Shown here one piece after another: positions 44,158 through 57,174 of a DNA stretch of 64,000 bases. A model generated the notes under the pieces. The model had not been told where the DNA came from, did no database searches, and saw only the letters and a program-made list of their open reading frames with translations. Source of the DNA: the human T2T-CHM13v2.0 reference genome, Homo sapiens; assembly GCF_009914755.1 (NCBI RefSeq), contig NC_060947.1; one strand, written 5' to 3'. The position numbers were made by a program, and so were the translations under genes. Within the stretch, counting starts at the first letter, position 1. Every line of letters begins with the position of its first letter.

Positions 44158-44234
44158 TTAAAGAACAATAGCAATGGCAAAAACGTTGACAATACAGTTC
44201 ATGGTCCGGTTCTCCCATCTTACGGTACAGGTTC
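44158..44234 (-). CDS. DYNLT3: DYNLT3 exon 5 coding part
   Basis: GTCTVRWENRTMNCIVNVFAIAIVL*; tttcag| acceptor; five exons total 351 bp = 116 aa + stop. Confidence 0.96.
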
Positions 44235-44290
44235 CTGAAACACAAAAAAAGGATTTTGAAATACCAGCAAAACATAAAAATTATCAGAGA

Positions 44291-44400
<110 letters not shown>

Positions 44401-44610
44401 TTTTCACATGTTTTAATATCTTATTTCCTTCAACCTGTTAAGTTTTCACATTTCATATCGGTCTGAAGGTATACTTGTTACTAGGTACAAAGCAATACTG
44501 TTGATAGTCTTTTCAGAATTTAATCAGAATTAAATAAGTACTTGGTTAAAAAGTGCAGTTTGACTTTGCTAAAAGTTGGATTTTGTGTAAATCAGCTTAA
44601 GATCTCTTAC

Positions 44611-44688
44611 CATCAGATGTGGTATCCCAAAAACAGGAGCTGGCTGTGTGAAAGCCATATGCGCTCTTCTGGACCACTGCACAGGTCA
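44611..44688 (-). CDS. DYNLT3: DYNLT3 exon 4
   Basis: TCAVVQKSAYGFHTASSCFWDTTSD (Tctex-1 fold); ttgcag| and ATG|gtaaga; 78 bp. Confidence 0.96.
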
Positions 44689-45364
44689 CTGCAAATAAAG
44701 TCACAGAATGAGGGCACTTACAGACAAAGGAAAAGAGAACCAAGGTCAAAGTGTGTGAGTTCAGAGCTCTACAAGCCGAAAACAAGACAAAAAACAAACA
44801 AACAAACAAAAAACAGAAAACAAAGCGTTCAGCAAATAGATTGAAAAAAAAATAAAAGACTCTCATCTTTATCTACCATCATGATTTTGACCCCACTGGA
44901 TTCAGTTGGTTTTCTGACCATTGTCATTACCATTGGTGATTGTATTGCAGGAAAAATATCAGTCAAATTCTGTGCTTTGTACCATGGGCAGAATTCAGAC
45001 ACAGAAATGCAGGAAATACTCCACTTTATAAACAGTTGCTGTGTGGAATTACAGGTAAAGAGGCATGGGACTACCGAAAGAAACACAGTTGAGCTAAGGG
45101 GGGGTCTCAGTGGAAAGAAAGAACTGATGGAAATGCAAAGGGTGATGCTACCAAAGAAAAGTAGCTCAAACTGCCTTTGAGTAGTGAAAGATCTTCATCT
45201 TTTAAGTATTATTATAGATTATCTTTGAATGAGTAAATCAGAAGTCCTTTATACCCTTTTAGTATCCAACTTAAATGTCTATTGTACATATACCTTCTCA
45301 AAATTCAGAGAAAATCACAATGACAAAAGCAAGTGAACTAGTGAGGAAGGATACTGATACTTAC

Positions 45365-45488
45365 CAATATATTTATAGGCTTTTCCCAACTTAACCAGGT
45401 GTGTTAAGGATTGTTCCACTATGCTTGCAGTCCACTGGTTGATGTTGTTGTGATTATAATCTTCACCACCTAAAACCCCATCTACACA
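45365..45488 (-). CDS. DYNLT3: DYNLT3 exon 3
   Basis: CVDGVLGGEDYNHNNINQWTASIVEQSLTHLVKLGKAYKYI; ttttag| and TTG|gtaagt; 124 bp. Confidence 0.96.
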
Positions 45489-48400
45489 CTAAAAGGGCAC
45501 AGAGGGCAGTTAATTTAGTCAGTAAAATTGTTCAAAAAGAACAATTTTTACACAAATTGCAGTAAAAATTTATTCAAAACATAAAATATACTTATAGCTC
45601 AATAAGGCATCTTAGAAAATATACACTTGGTAAACATTGATTATGCACTGTCTCTAATTGCTTAAGAGTTTTGAAAGAGTTTCCACTTGCATTATCTCAC
45701 TCTATGAGATACTATGGGCCATATAAAGATAAATATGTCATGGCTTCTGTGTAAATAACTTAATCTAGCAGAGAAGCTAATAAAAAAATTCGAATATCTA
45801 TAACACAAGGAAGACTAATGATAAATTATGTCATAAAAATTATGGTGGGGAAATTAAAAGGTGCTATCAATTGGTTAACAAGTAGCTTTGAAACAGCTGG
45901 GATTTGAACTAGGGCTCACATGCTAGAAACAGGATGGGACTAATTTAAAAACATAATTCTTATGTATACTAATTATATTCTCATTCATACTATGTGATTG
46001 TTTAGCTATGAAACAACAACTGATTATATTCTCATTCATACTATGTGATTGTTTAGCTATGAAACAACTAGCACACTTGCCACTGAAAGTAAATAAAGAT
46101 GCTCTAGAAAGATAAAGTCAAATATCATAATTTCCCATAGTGCTTGATTTCATCCACTTCTGACACCTGATTAAAAGCACTGGCTCTAGTATCACAATCC
46201 TAGGTTTTAAGGCCTACTTTGACACCTATCTGCTATGTGACCTTTAGCAAGTGACTTAACCCCTTCAAATCCCTATTTTCCTAATCCTTATAGTAAGGAT
46301 AACAGCATCATCTTATCAGGTTGTTGTTAGGATGAAATGAGACAATGAATACCAAGTGCTCAAACAGGACTAGCACAGAGTTAGCATATAAATAATGTTA
46401 ACTACTATTATCATATTGCTGCTGTTATATTTTATATTTGAGTGATAAAGCCTGGATAATAAAGCACTCATTTAATTCATTTTTAGAATCTAACACACAC
46501 ATGCAGCTTCATTTACTATCATTAGACTCATTTAATTCATTTTTAGAATCTAGCTTAATAATACACACATACACACACATGCAGCTTTATTTACTATAAT
46601 TAGACCACAGTAAAGATTTATGAAGGCACTAATACAAAATCTTAAGTTGGATAGTATAAAATCTTCACTAATGATAAAATATGAAAAGAGAAATGAAATA
46701 TTTTAGCAAGGTTGACAAAAGTAATATGGCTCAAATTTTTCTCCTAGAAAGCTCAATAACATGACAAAGTAGGAAGGGTAGTGGCTTAAGGATCAGGGGA
46801 ATAGAATTTTAATTCTGGCTTTACCATTCCTAAGCTGGTGACCTTTGGACAAACCTATTCCTCTCTTGAGATCACCTTTCCTTAAGGATAAAGTAAGAGC
46901 ACTCATTTTTCTTTCAGGTTATTTAGTAGGACCACTCCAAGTTTTGCTCTAAACAGCAGAAAACACCATGGGGTGTGGGTGCCACTGTAAATAGCCCTGC
47001 TAATTACTATTAATTAACATCTAGCCTAATTAATTACATTAACATGGAGGCCCATGAGACAATGAGGTCCTTAAACAGCTCTGTATTCTCAGTGCTAAAC
47101 TCAGGACCTGGGCACTTAGCAGGTATTCAACAAATGTTGTTGAAGCAATATTGGTTTTGATATACTCGCTGGGTATCTTAAATCAAATACACTTTAGACT
47201 AAATTCTAAGTCATTTGTAGCTCACTTTTTCTTCGACGATTTTTTGGGGAAGCAATTTCTATTACTAACACTAAAGAAAATGTATGCATATTACTGATAA
47301 ATGGGTGTCTCTGAGTTCAGAAGGAAAAACATATTAGCATAGGGGCTCAGAGCAAGAAATCAAAGGAAAGAAAATAAGATCAATAAGAAAATAAGATCAG
47401 TAAGGAAATCAGAAATAACTGCTGAAATTATGTAATCATCTAGGAAGTGCTAAACTGTTTTAAAATGTTGCTCATTCTCAGGCATTTCCAATGTCTCAAT
47501 GGAAATGTTTCAATGGCAGAAGAGGGTTGGTTCATGGGAAGAGGAAAGATAGACATTTAGCTGCAAGTAACCTGTAGCAAAGCTGAGTTTCTTTGCAGTC
47601 TCATATTTCATATAAAAATTCAAGAGAAGCTTGTTTTGACTACATAATGCATCAGAGTTTGTTTTTATTCAAAAATGTTTTCAGTTATATTATTTATATT
47701 ACTTAACTCCCTCTCACAAATATTCAAGAAAAACTGATGTTCTAAAATGCATCCAGTGACTTCTAGCACCACCTAGCCACTGCCGAGTATGTATTTCCCA
47801 GTTGAAAAAGCATGATTCTTTTAATTTGATATAATATTAAAGTAACAGGCATATGGTTTGAAAAATCCAGTAGAACAGAAAAGCTTAGAATGAAGAGTTT
47901 CCTTCCCACCCTTTCCTTTCCCATCCCCAGTCCCATTCCCCAGAGGAAACTCATCAGTGTACAACTGTTTTTATTTCTTCCAAGGGTTACTTATGTATCT
48001 CCAAATAATGTTTATCTCACTATTTCCTGATTTATGAATTATAGGCAACATCCATGTAACTCCTACTATGATAGATGAAAATTTGGTTCCCTCAGACCAC
48101 CCGCCCCCTTCTCTCAATATAGTGAAATCACGATTTTTTAACTTAAATATATTTACACTGTTAGAAACATGTTTCTTTTCCACTCTGGATGTTTTCTTCA
48201 ACGCAGAGGATTGTTCTTTAACATTCCTGGCCTCTTGTCCTGTCAGTTATTCCTCCCCATGGAGGTGGAATGAGTTACCTGGTTGGTGGGTGATAACCAT
48301 TGTTCTAACATCTCATTTGGGAGTCTCCCAAATGTGTTGAACTTGGGCTTTAGTTTCTCCTTCCCTCTCCACCCAAACCAATGAAAGGCACCAGCCTGAA

Positions 48401-49458
48401 CAAGTGTTTCTCTCTGCTGACTCAAACTTTCTCTTGGATGACTCTTCCCAGGGCTGAACTGAATGGGAGTTAGCAAAACAAGGTACAATCATCAAACTGG
48501 TTTTTATCAATAATAAAGGTGGTATTTTGTTCTCTTTCTAATGGCTCTTTTTTCTTTTCATTTGGTTCAGAACTTAAGGAAGAAGGCACTATTTAAATGG
48601 AATCCCAAATAGCCCAGCATTCTTTCTTTTATGTTCCATCAACCAAGGACAGTCTTTCCTGACTTGCCACTTTGAAAACTAAGATCACTCCCTTCTCATT
48701 ACCTCCACTCCCTCTTCCACCTCCCAGTTTCCCTCATTTGTGCTTTTACATTGTAAAGGTATTAAAAACCTTTGCTTTCTACTTTTAATAATTAAATACT
48801 CTCAGGCTACATAGATAGAATGCATAATTCTGAAGTATTCAAATATGGCAGGATTTTCAGGTGCCTGTCTATTCCTCTCAGACCTTGAGTTAATTCTAGC
48901 TGTGTAAGGCCAGACCTGGGTGTCAAAAAATACCTTTCCCACACTGTGGTCTGTATGTGATACCTCTAAAATAATGAACGGTCCCCTGCCAGAATTAATT
49001 CCCAAAGGTAATTTCTTTTCTATTTGCCTAAAAGGAGTTTCAAATATTTTTCTTAAAATTTTGATTCACTATCATATCAATGCTTAAAATATGTTAAATG
49101 ATCATTTTTTCCAATTATATTGGGCAAAAAAGTGTACATGCCCAAAGGCAGATATTTCTAGGGCTTTTGTTATCTATTTTATACAATATACATATATATT
49201 ATACATATACTTTACATTATAAAAGTTGACGTGTGTACATATATATGCGTACATATACTTTATAGCATTAACATTTAAAATAATGTTTGCTTTCTGGAAT
49301 AAAAGTTATTTTATCCAAAAGACAGGGCATCAATTTTAAACCAGTTTTCTAGACTAAGAAAATCCTTAAGCATCTCTTTCAGAATAAGCCTCAAGATGCT
49401 GATAGCACACAACAAAATATAGAAGGACCCCTATAAAGAGTTAGTGGATAAATATTTA

Positions 49459-49941
<483 letters not shown>

Positions 49942-50609
49942 CTAAAGGGAAAACAAAAGGTAAAGCTGCTTTCAACACAGGCTTACAAGTATGACGCTAC
50001 ACAGAATATCCTAGGCTGGCCTAGACAGGTGTTAAAGTGTTAAAGGGCATCAGGTCTACAGAAGGGGCCAATCTTGCCCCTAAACACTTAAAAATACTGA
50101 ATGCTTTCCCTACCTACCTCCCGTGAGGTCTGGGGCAGAGCCTGCAAGTCTACATTTTTTTTTAAAAAAGTGCTTTATACTGGTGATTCTAATGAACATC
50201 CTAGATTAAGAATCATTGTATTGTAAAACGTAGGAAATAAGCAAGAGGTGACTATGAGGATGTTATGTGTCATAAGAATATAGAAATGGTTTCAGCTAAG
50301 TGAGAGAATGAAGTGGTCCATATGAAGAGAATGCTTAGTAGACTATTTTCAATTTTGTTTTTAACTTATGCTAGGCAAAAATTTCTAGGCAAAAATTCCT
50401 TTCCCAAATTAAAGATTATGAAAATACTTGATAACTCAAGATTAATATCACTTTAGTACTATAAAGTGGTCTGACAACTTAGTCTTTTCTTTGGAGTCCC
50501 CATCAATAACAGGGAGATAACAACTGACATCATGGGTTTCTGGTGAGGGTTGGGAAAGCCTGAGTCAGTAAGCAAGGGCTCGTAATCCATAAAGCACCTC
50601 CTTGCCTAA

Positions 50610-51310
50610 TCCTGGCAAGCATTACCGGGAGCGGGAATGGCAGTGCCACCAGGACCCCGAGACTCCGAGCCATGGGGGCTGCAGCACCCGCGCTGAGGAA
50701 GCCAAGGGACGGAGGCAGCAGCGGGAAGACCCGTTTTCGAGGCCCGCCCGGTAGGAGGGCGGCGCCCGTCACCCCATGCCCACTCCTCGCACCCAAGTCA
50801 GGCCTCGTCCTCCCAACCCTGCCCCGACCCCACCGTCTGATCCGCGCGCTCCTGGCCACCCCTCCCACCCCGAATCTCAGGACTTTGGGGTGGGGAGAAC
50901 GGGTCGGGCGGGGCGGATCCCGGGCCCAGGGGAGAGGACCCGGGCTCGGAGGACGCCGCACCCCAACTCTTGGGACCGCCCTCGCTGGGAGACCACCCGG
51001 CAAGAGCCCCGCGCAGAGGAAGGCGGGAGTGGGGGGCGCTCCCAGGTAGCCAAGGGGCGGTACCTCGTCGCAGTGGCGATGGTACTCCTCCATGGTAGCG
51101 CCGGCTCTCCCTGGGGCGGAGCGACACGCCGGTAGAGCACCGCGGCCGCGCACTGGCCTCCGGGGAGGCCCCACCCCCGTTTATGGCCTAGGGCCTTTCC
51201 CTACGCAATCCCCGCCTTTGTGTCGCAGTGGCGTCACCTGGCAGCGCTGGGCGGGCTTCGGGCAACGCCAGGCGTCACTTCAGGCCACGCACTTTTTCCT
51301 CGCTTCCTCT
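50610..51310. promoter_or_regulatory. CpG island / DYNLT3 promoter
   Basis: Only strongly GC/CpG-rich stretch in the window; GC box GGGGCGG near 51113; half-CRE CGTCA at ~51232 and ~51273. Confidence 0.92.
51064..51093 (-). CDS. DYNLT3: DYNLT3 exon 1 coding part
   Basis: gctaccATGG Kozak; MEEYHRHCDE; GAG|gtaccg donor. Confidence 0.96.
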
Positions 51311-52048
51311 GCCCTTTCTGGAAACAAGGGATGAATGTAAAGAACTGGGAATGGCGCCAGTGTGGATCAGATGGGGTGACCTAGTGGCAGTTAGTCTAGA
51401 CTCCGCACTAGTGGTTGAGTGCCCACTGCTGTGATTACTTGCACGTATTTGTTCATTCACCATCATGTGGCACATAAATGTAGTTAATTTCGTGGTAAAC
51501 CAGCCACTTTGATTTGTCCACTTACTAGCTATGTTACTTGGAAAAATTCACCTCCCACAGCTTCAGTTTTCTCATATGGAAACTTACCATCATACCTATT
51601 TCACTACTGGTTGTAAGGATCTGATGAGAAGCTGTATACACGGCTCCTAAAGTAGATGCTTCTCAACAAGAGAACAATGACTACATTTTAAAATAAATGT
51701 AGTAATTTTAAATTAGTAATTTTAAAATAAATGTAGTAATTTTAAATTAGTAATTTTAAAATAAATTACTAATTTCCAGATGATCCTAGACACTTCCTCA
51801 AAACCTCACAATAAGTCAGAGGAGTTAGTTCTTCCATCACTGCTTTTATCAAGATGAAACTGAGGTATAGAGAATTTAATTTGCCCAAGGTCATACAGCC
51901 AGTAGGGTGTAGAAAAGGGACTTGAGCTCAAGTAGTCTGATAGCAGAGCCCAAGCTCTTAACCACTGTATTACTTTCCTATTGCTACTGTAACAAATTAC
52001 CGTAAATGTAGTGCCTTAAAGAAACACAGTCCTGTTCTCTTACAGTTC

Positions 52049-53065
52049 TGTTACCAGTGTAGGGTGTCCAGGTTCTTGGCTCTTTGAACAAAGAATTGGA
52101 CAAAACGCACAAACAAAGCAAGGAAAGAATGAAGCAACAAAAGCAGAGATTTATTGAAAACGAAAGTACACTCTACAGGGTGGGAGCGGGCAGAGAAGCC
52201 GCTCAAGGGCCGGGATCCAGAATCTTCTCTGGTCCAAATACCCCCTAGAGATTTCCCATTGGCCACTTGGTGTGCACCCCATGTAAATGAAGTAGTGGCC
52301 CACAATCAGAGGCTGAAGTTACAAAGGCCACACTCCTATGCAAACGTCTGATTGGTTGCAAGAAAGCAACCATCAGAGGCTAAAGTGAAGTTACAAAGTT
52401 GCACTTCTATTCAAACAAAGATTTGGCCCATAATCAGTTTGATTGGTTGCAGACAGCAACCAATCAGAGGCTGAAGTGAAGTTACAAAGTTCCACTCCTG
52501 TGCAAATGTCTGATTGGTTGCTTTTTGCTCTTTGGTTGCAAAAAGCAACCAATCAGAGGTACTTTAAATTTCCCATCTGCCCTGCAGAAAAGGTGGGGAT
52601 TTGCAAAGGGAATAGCCTCTGGTCCTTTTGTTACTTAGGCATGGAAGGTATGGAAGGTTAGGGTTTTCCTTTTTTTTTTTTTTTTGAGACGGAGTTTCAC
52701 TCTTGCTGCCCAGGCCGGAGTGCAATGGCGCGATCTCGGCTCACCCACGGCAACCTCCGCCTCTCGGGTTCAAGCGATTCTCCTGCCTCAGCCTTCTGAG
52801 TAGCTGAGATTACAGGCATGCACCACCACGCCCAGCTAATTTTGTATTTTTAGTAGAGACGGGGTTTCTCCATGTTGGTCAGGTTGGTTTCGAACTCCCG
52901 ACTTCATCGACCTCAAGTGATCTGCCTGCCTCAGCCTCCCAAAGTGCTGGGATTACAGGCGTGAGCCACTGTGCCTGGCCAGGGTTTTCCTTTCAATTTA
53001 GTTCTATGAAGTAAGCGTGAAACAGTTTTAAGTTCCCTGCCTCCTGACCCTATTCTCCTGCCTCA
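52049..53065 (-). mobile_element. MER51A-like ERV1 solo LTR (contains an Alu)
   Basis: TG...CA ends, 4-bp TSD GTTC (52045-52048 and 53066-53069); reverse complement starts TGAGGCAGGAGAATAGGGTC. Confidence 0.85.
52667..52980 (-). mobile_element. AluS nested in MER51
   Basis: TSD agggttttccttt on both sides. Confidence 0.92.
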
Positions 53066-53964
53066 GTTCTGGAGGTCAGAAGTCTAAAATGGGCCCATAG
53101 AGCTGCATGCCTTCTGGAGGCTCCAAGACAGACTCTGTTTCTTTGCCTTTTCCAGCTTCTAGAGATTGCCTGCATTCCTTGGCTCATGACCCCTTCCTCC
53201 AAATTCAAAGCCAGTAGTATCTTTTCTCCTCTCTCGCTTCTGCTTCAAAGGAAGTGTGAGGCATCTCTATAAACGAGAGATGTATGACTCTTGCCCTCCT
53301 GTTTCCCTCTCAAGACCCTTAACTTAATCACATATGCCATGTGTCTTTTGCACTCTGTATCATATTCACAGATTCTCAGAATTCAGATGTGGACAAATTT
53401 GAGGGGGAGCATTATTCAGCCAACCACAACACTTTTCTATTTTGCTCCCCAGAATCAAAGTTGGAAACCATTAGTCTTCTAGTCCATCTCCCTTATTTTA
53501 CAAGTAAAACTGAAGCTGAGAAGATAAAGTAACTTCTACAGGGCACATAGGTGTTAACTGGACTCCTGGGCTTCTGAACCTCAGGCTCTTATTTTATGAA
53601 CTTAGAACCAAACAAGGCTGTTTACTTGATAGTATGGTGTTTGTTATTGGTTCTCCTAAGTTGTGGATCATGCAGGGTTACTGCAGAAAAGTGACTGTAA
53701 TTCATAGAGGAAGCACATCCTCTTTCAAGAATTTTTTTTACCAAAGTTTTCATCCTATGAGCAACTCCGGCAGTCTATTCATGAGAAGGATTCGTAGTGT
53801 CTTTGTGAACATCAGTTTTATTTCCCTAAAGAACTGTTTCTATGCCTGGGTGGGTTAAACCCTGAAGTTACCTAATCTTAATACTGCAAGAGCTACACCA
53901 GCACATCTCAAGTTTGTGTTATGTGATCATTCATGATGCATATAAAGTGAGATGAAGAAGTGTT

Positions 53965-54520
53965 GTTCCAGTTACCATTCCTGTGTAATAAATTACCCCA
54001 GAATTTAGCAGCTTATTTACTATATTATGCTCATGGATTCGTTTAGTCAGAAATTTGAACAAGGCACAGCAGAAATAATTTGCCTCTGCTCTGTGATGTC
54101 TGGGGCCTCAGGTGGGGAGACTCAAAGACTGGAGGAAATTCAATGGTGGGGACCAGAATCATCTGAAGACTTGTTCATTCACATGTCTGATATCTGGGCT
54201 TGGATGAATAAAATATTAGCACTTCCAACTGGAGCAACAACACATGGCCCCACCGAGTGGATTGGCTTCTTACCATCATGGCAACCTTAGGGTAGCCAGA
54301 TCTTTTACATGGCAACTCAAGGCTCCAAGCATGAGGGTTCCATCGAGCATGGCAGAAGATATGTCACCTTTTATCACCTAGTGTCACGAGTTACACAGCA
54401 GCCCTTCTACCATACTCTAATCATTGAAACATTCACTCAGATTCAAGGGGAGGGGACACATAATCCACTTCTCAATGGGAGAAGTGTCAAATAATTTGGG
54501 GCTCATGCTTTAAAACTACA
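53965..54520 (-). mobile_element. Old MLT1 LTR
   Basis: aaattaccccagaatttagcagctt...ccacttctcaatgggagaagtgtcaaa...aaactaca. Confidence 0.65.
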
Positions 54521-54617
54521 AGTGGGTTTATTAACTAGCATCCTGTGGTTGCAAGTAACAGAAGACCCAAATAGGATGAGCTGAAATAATGGCATTTATT
54601 TTTTTATATAACCAGAC

Positions 54618-55045
54618 TGATATGGTTTGGATCTGTCCCCAGCAAATCTCATGTTGAATTGTAATCCCCAGTGTTGGAGGTGGAGCCTGGTGGGAGGTGA
54701 TTGGATCATGGAGGCAGATTTCTCATGATGGGTAGCACCATCCCCTCAGTGCTGTTCTTGTGAGAGTAAGTGAGTGAGTTATTATGAGATCTGGCTGCTT
54801 AAAAGTGTGTAGCACCTCCCTCCTCTCTCTCTTCTTCCTGTTCTAGCCATGTAATATGTGCCTGCTTCCCCTTCACCTTCCACCATGATTGTAAGTTTCC
54901 TGAGGCCTCCCCAGAAGCAGGAGTCACTCTGCTTCCTGTGCAGCTTGCAGAACCACGAGCCAACTAAGCCTCTTTACTTCATAAATTATCCAGTCTCAGG
55001 TATTTCTCATTGCTGTAAAGCAATGAGAGAATAGACTAATACACA
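54618..55045 (+). mobile_element. MSTA/MSTB LTR
   Basis: tgatatggtttggatctgtcccc...aaatctcatgttgaattgtaatcccc...agactaataca. Confidence 0.88.
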
Positions 55046-56724
55046 GACATACAGAGGCAGAGATATTCCAGGTTCGTTTAGTTGCTCAACAAATTTTGGG
55101 GCTTCTGTGCTTTTCATCTTTCCATGCCAATATCCTCAGCATGTCAGCAACATTTAGCCTCATGGTCATACACGGCTGCATTAGTTCTGGTATCGCTAGG
55201 AACAAAGATATCACGTTCAGTGACTAAGATGAGCATTTTCTGGGGTTGATCGGATTTTCTTAGGAAAGAAAATCTTTATTTCAAGTCCTCAGGAGTTTTC
55301 TCCTCAGGTTCCAGTGGCCAAGATTGGGCCACGTGACTCCCCACCGGGCAAAACATATGGGACAACAAATGTTTGTTTTTTCATTCTGTATGGTGAAAAG
55401 TGAGTTCTGCCAGCAAGAAAAAAAAAATTGATATAAAGTAAATGTTGGTAGGTCAGTCCTTTCCAAACTTTTCCATGCTATGGCCCACATAGAGGATAAT
55501 ACTTACATGGTACATTGAGGTAAACTGGAGGGGCTTGGTGGGCATCTGTATGGGGCTTGGTGAAAAAATATTTTCATTACTTTATATAATTATATGAAAA
55601 AATAAAATAGAAAGGGTGTTAAAATTGAATTTTTTAAAGCTTCCAAATAAAACCTCTTTCAATGCTTTAGTGAGACCCTCAATCTTGGTTTCACCCATAT
55701 AATATTTTATATCTGGCTCTACGCATTGAACAGCCATAAGCAATTCCTGTTAATGAGTTTTTAATAATTAATTTTCCCTAAATATGAATAAATTATATTG
55801 TCTAGAAAGGTTTGCCATAGAAGCAGCTGATAAAAAACATTTGGACCCACTTTACAAACCACTAAAATTATATTTAAAGACTTCTGTAATGGTAGACTAT
55901 GTAATTAGGACCATCTCTTTCACTGATAATTACAAAGGTTGGACAAAATATAATAGACATTTGCTCAAGGGAATTGGATTTTTTAACAAGATAGGGAAGA
56001 ATTATGGATCTAAGACATAGAATAATGAAACCCAGAAAGATGAGCATGGCATTTGGGATAACTTTTTACCTCGAGGTGAGAAGATGTTAAGCCTTTTGCT
56101 TATGGGCCAAGGGGTAAAATAATCAGACTGCATGTCCTGCCAAGGAAGATGATTCTGGTAAACAGTCTTGCTTTGGGTTGAAACCCCATGGATTAAACCC
56201 TGGGAGTGAAACACTCAAACTTGATCTTGCAGACTGAATCTCAGTTTTAAATTACCCAAACCCCTAAAATTGAATTAAGGTGATCCGGAATTGCTAATGC
56301 CTCTAGCCAACTTCTAGAAGCCAATGTAAATTCTCTCTGAAGGAAGAAAACATTATCTTAGGTCTCAAATCAGACATATGATTTTTTGCATACATCAAGT
56401 GGACAATAAAATATAACTAGACACATAACGAGACAAAACAACATTATCTTAAATCAAAAGACAATGGAAACAGCCCAATCAGGGATGAAGATGATGGAGT
56501 TATCAGAAATAGACTTTAAAATAACTATGCTTACTATATTAAAAGAGATAAAAGACAGGGTTGAGAATTTCATCCAATAACTTGAAATTATAAAAAGTAT
56601 ACAAATGGAATTTCTAGAAGTAGAAAATACAGTAACCAATTTTTTAAAAAGAACAAAGAATCGATTCTATAGTGGTTCCTACAAAGCTGAAGATTAAGTG
56701 AAGCTTAAAAAATTGGACAGAATA

Positions 56725-57174
<450 letters not shown>

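Larger units (their letters stand above)
51966..53430 (-). mobile_element. MLT1 LTR split by a MER51 insertion
   Basis: tgtattactttcctattgct...cttacagttc | tggaggtcagaagtctaaaat...ttattcagccaaccaca. Confidence 0.8.

Noticed and set aside
45968-46605. Repeat-spacer-like appearance of the duplications
   Set aside because: Only two copies each, no unique spacers, eukaryotic intron; not CRISPR
50672-51334. Several overlapping 80-125 aa ORFs antisense to or out of frame with DYNLT3
   Set aside because: Low-complexity Pro/Arg/Gly peptides expected from stop-poor CpG island DNA
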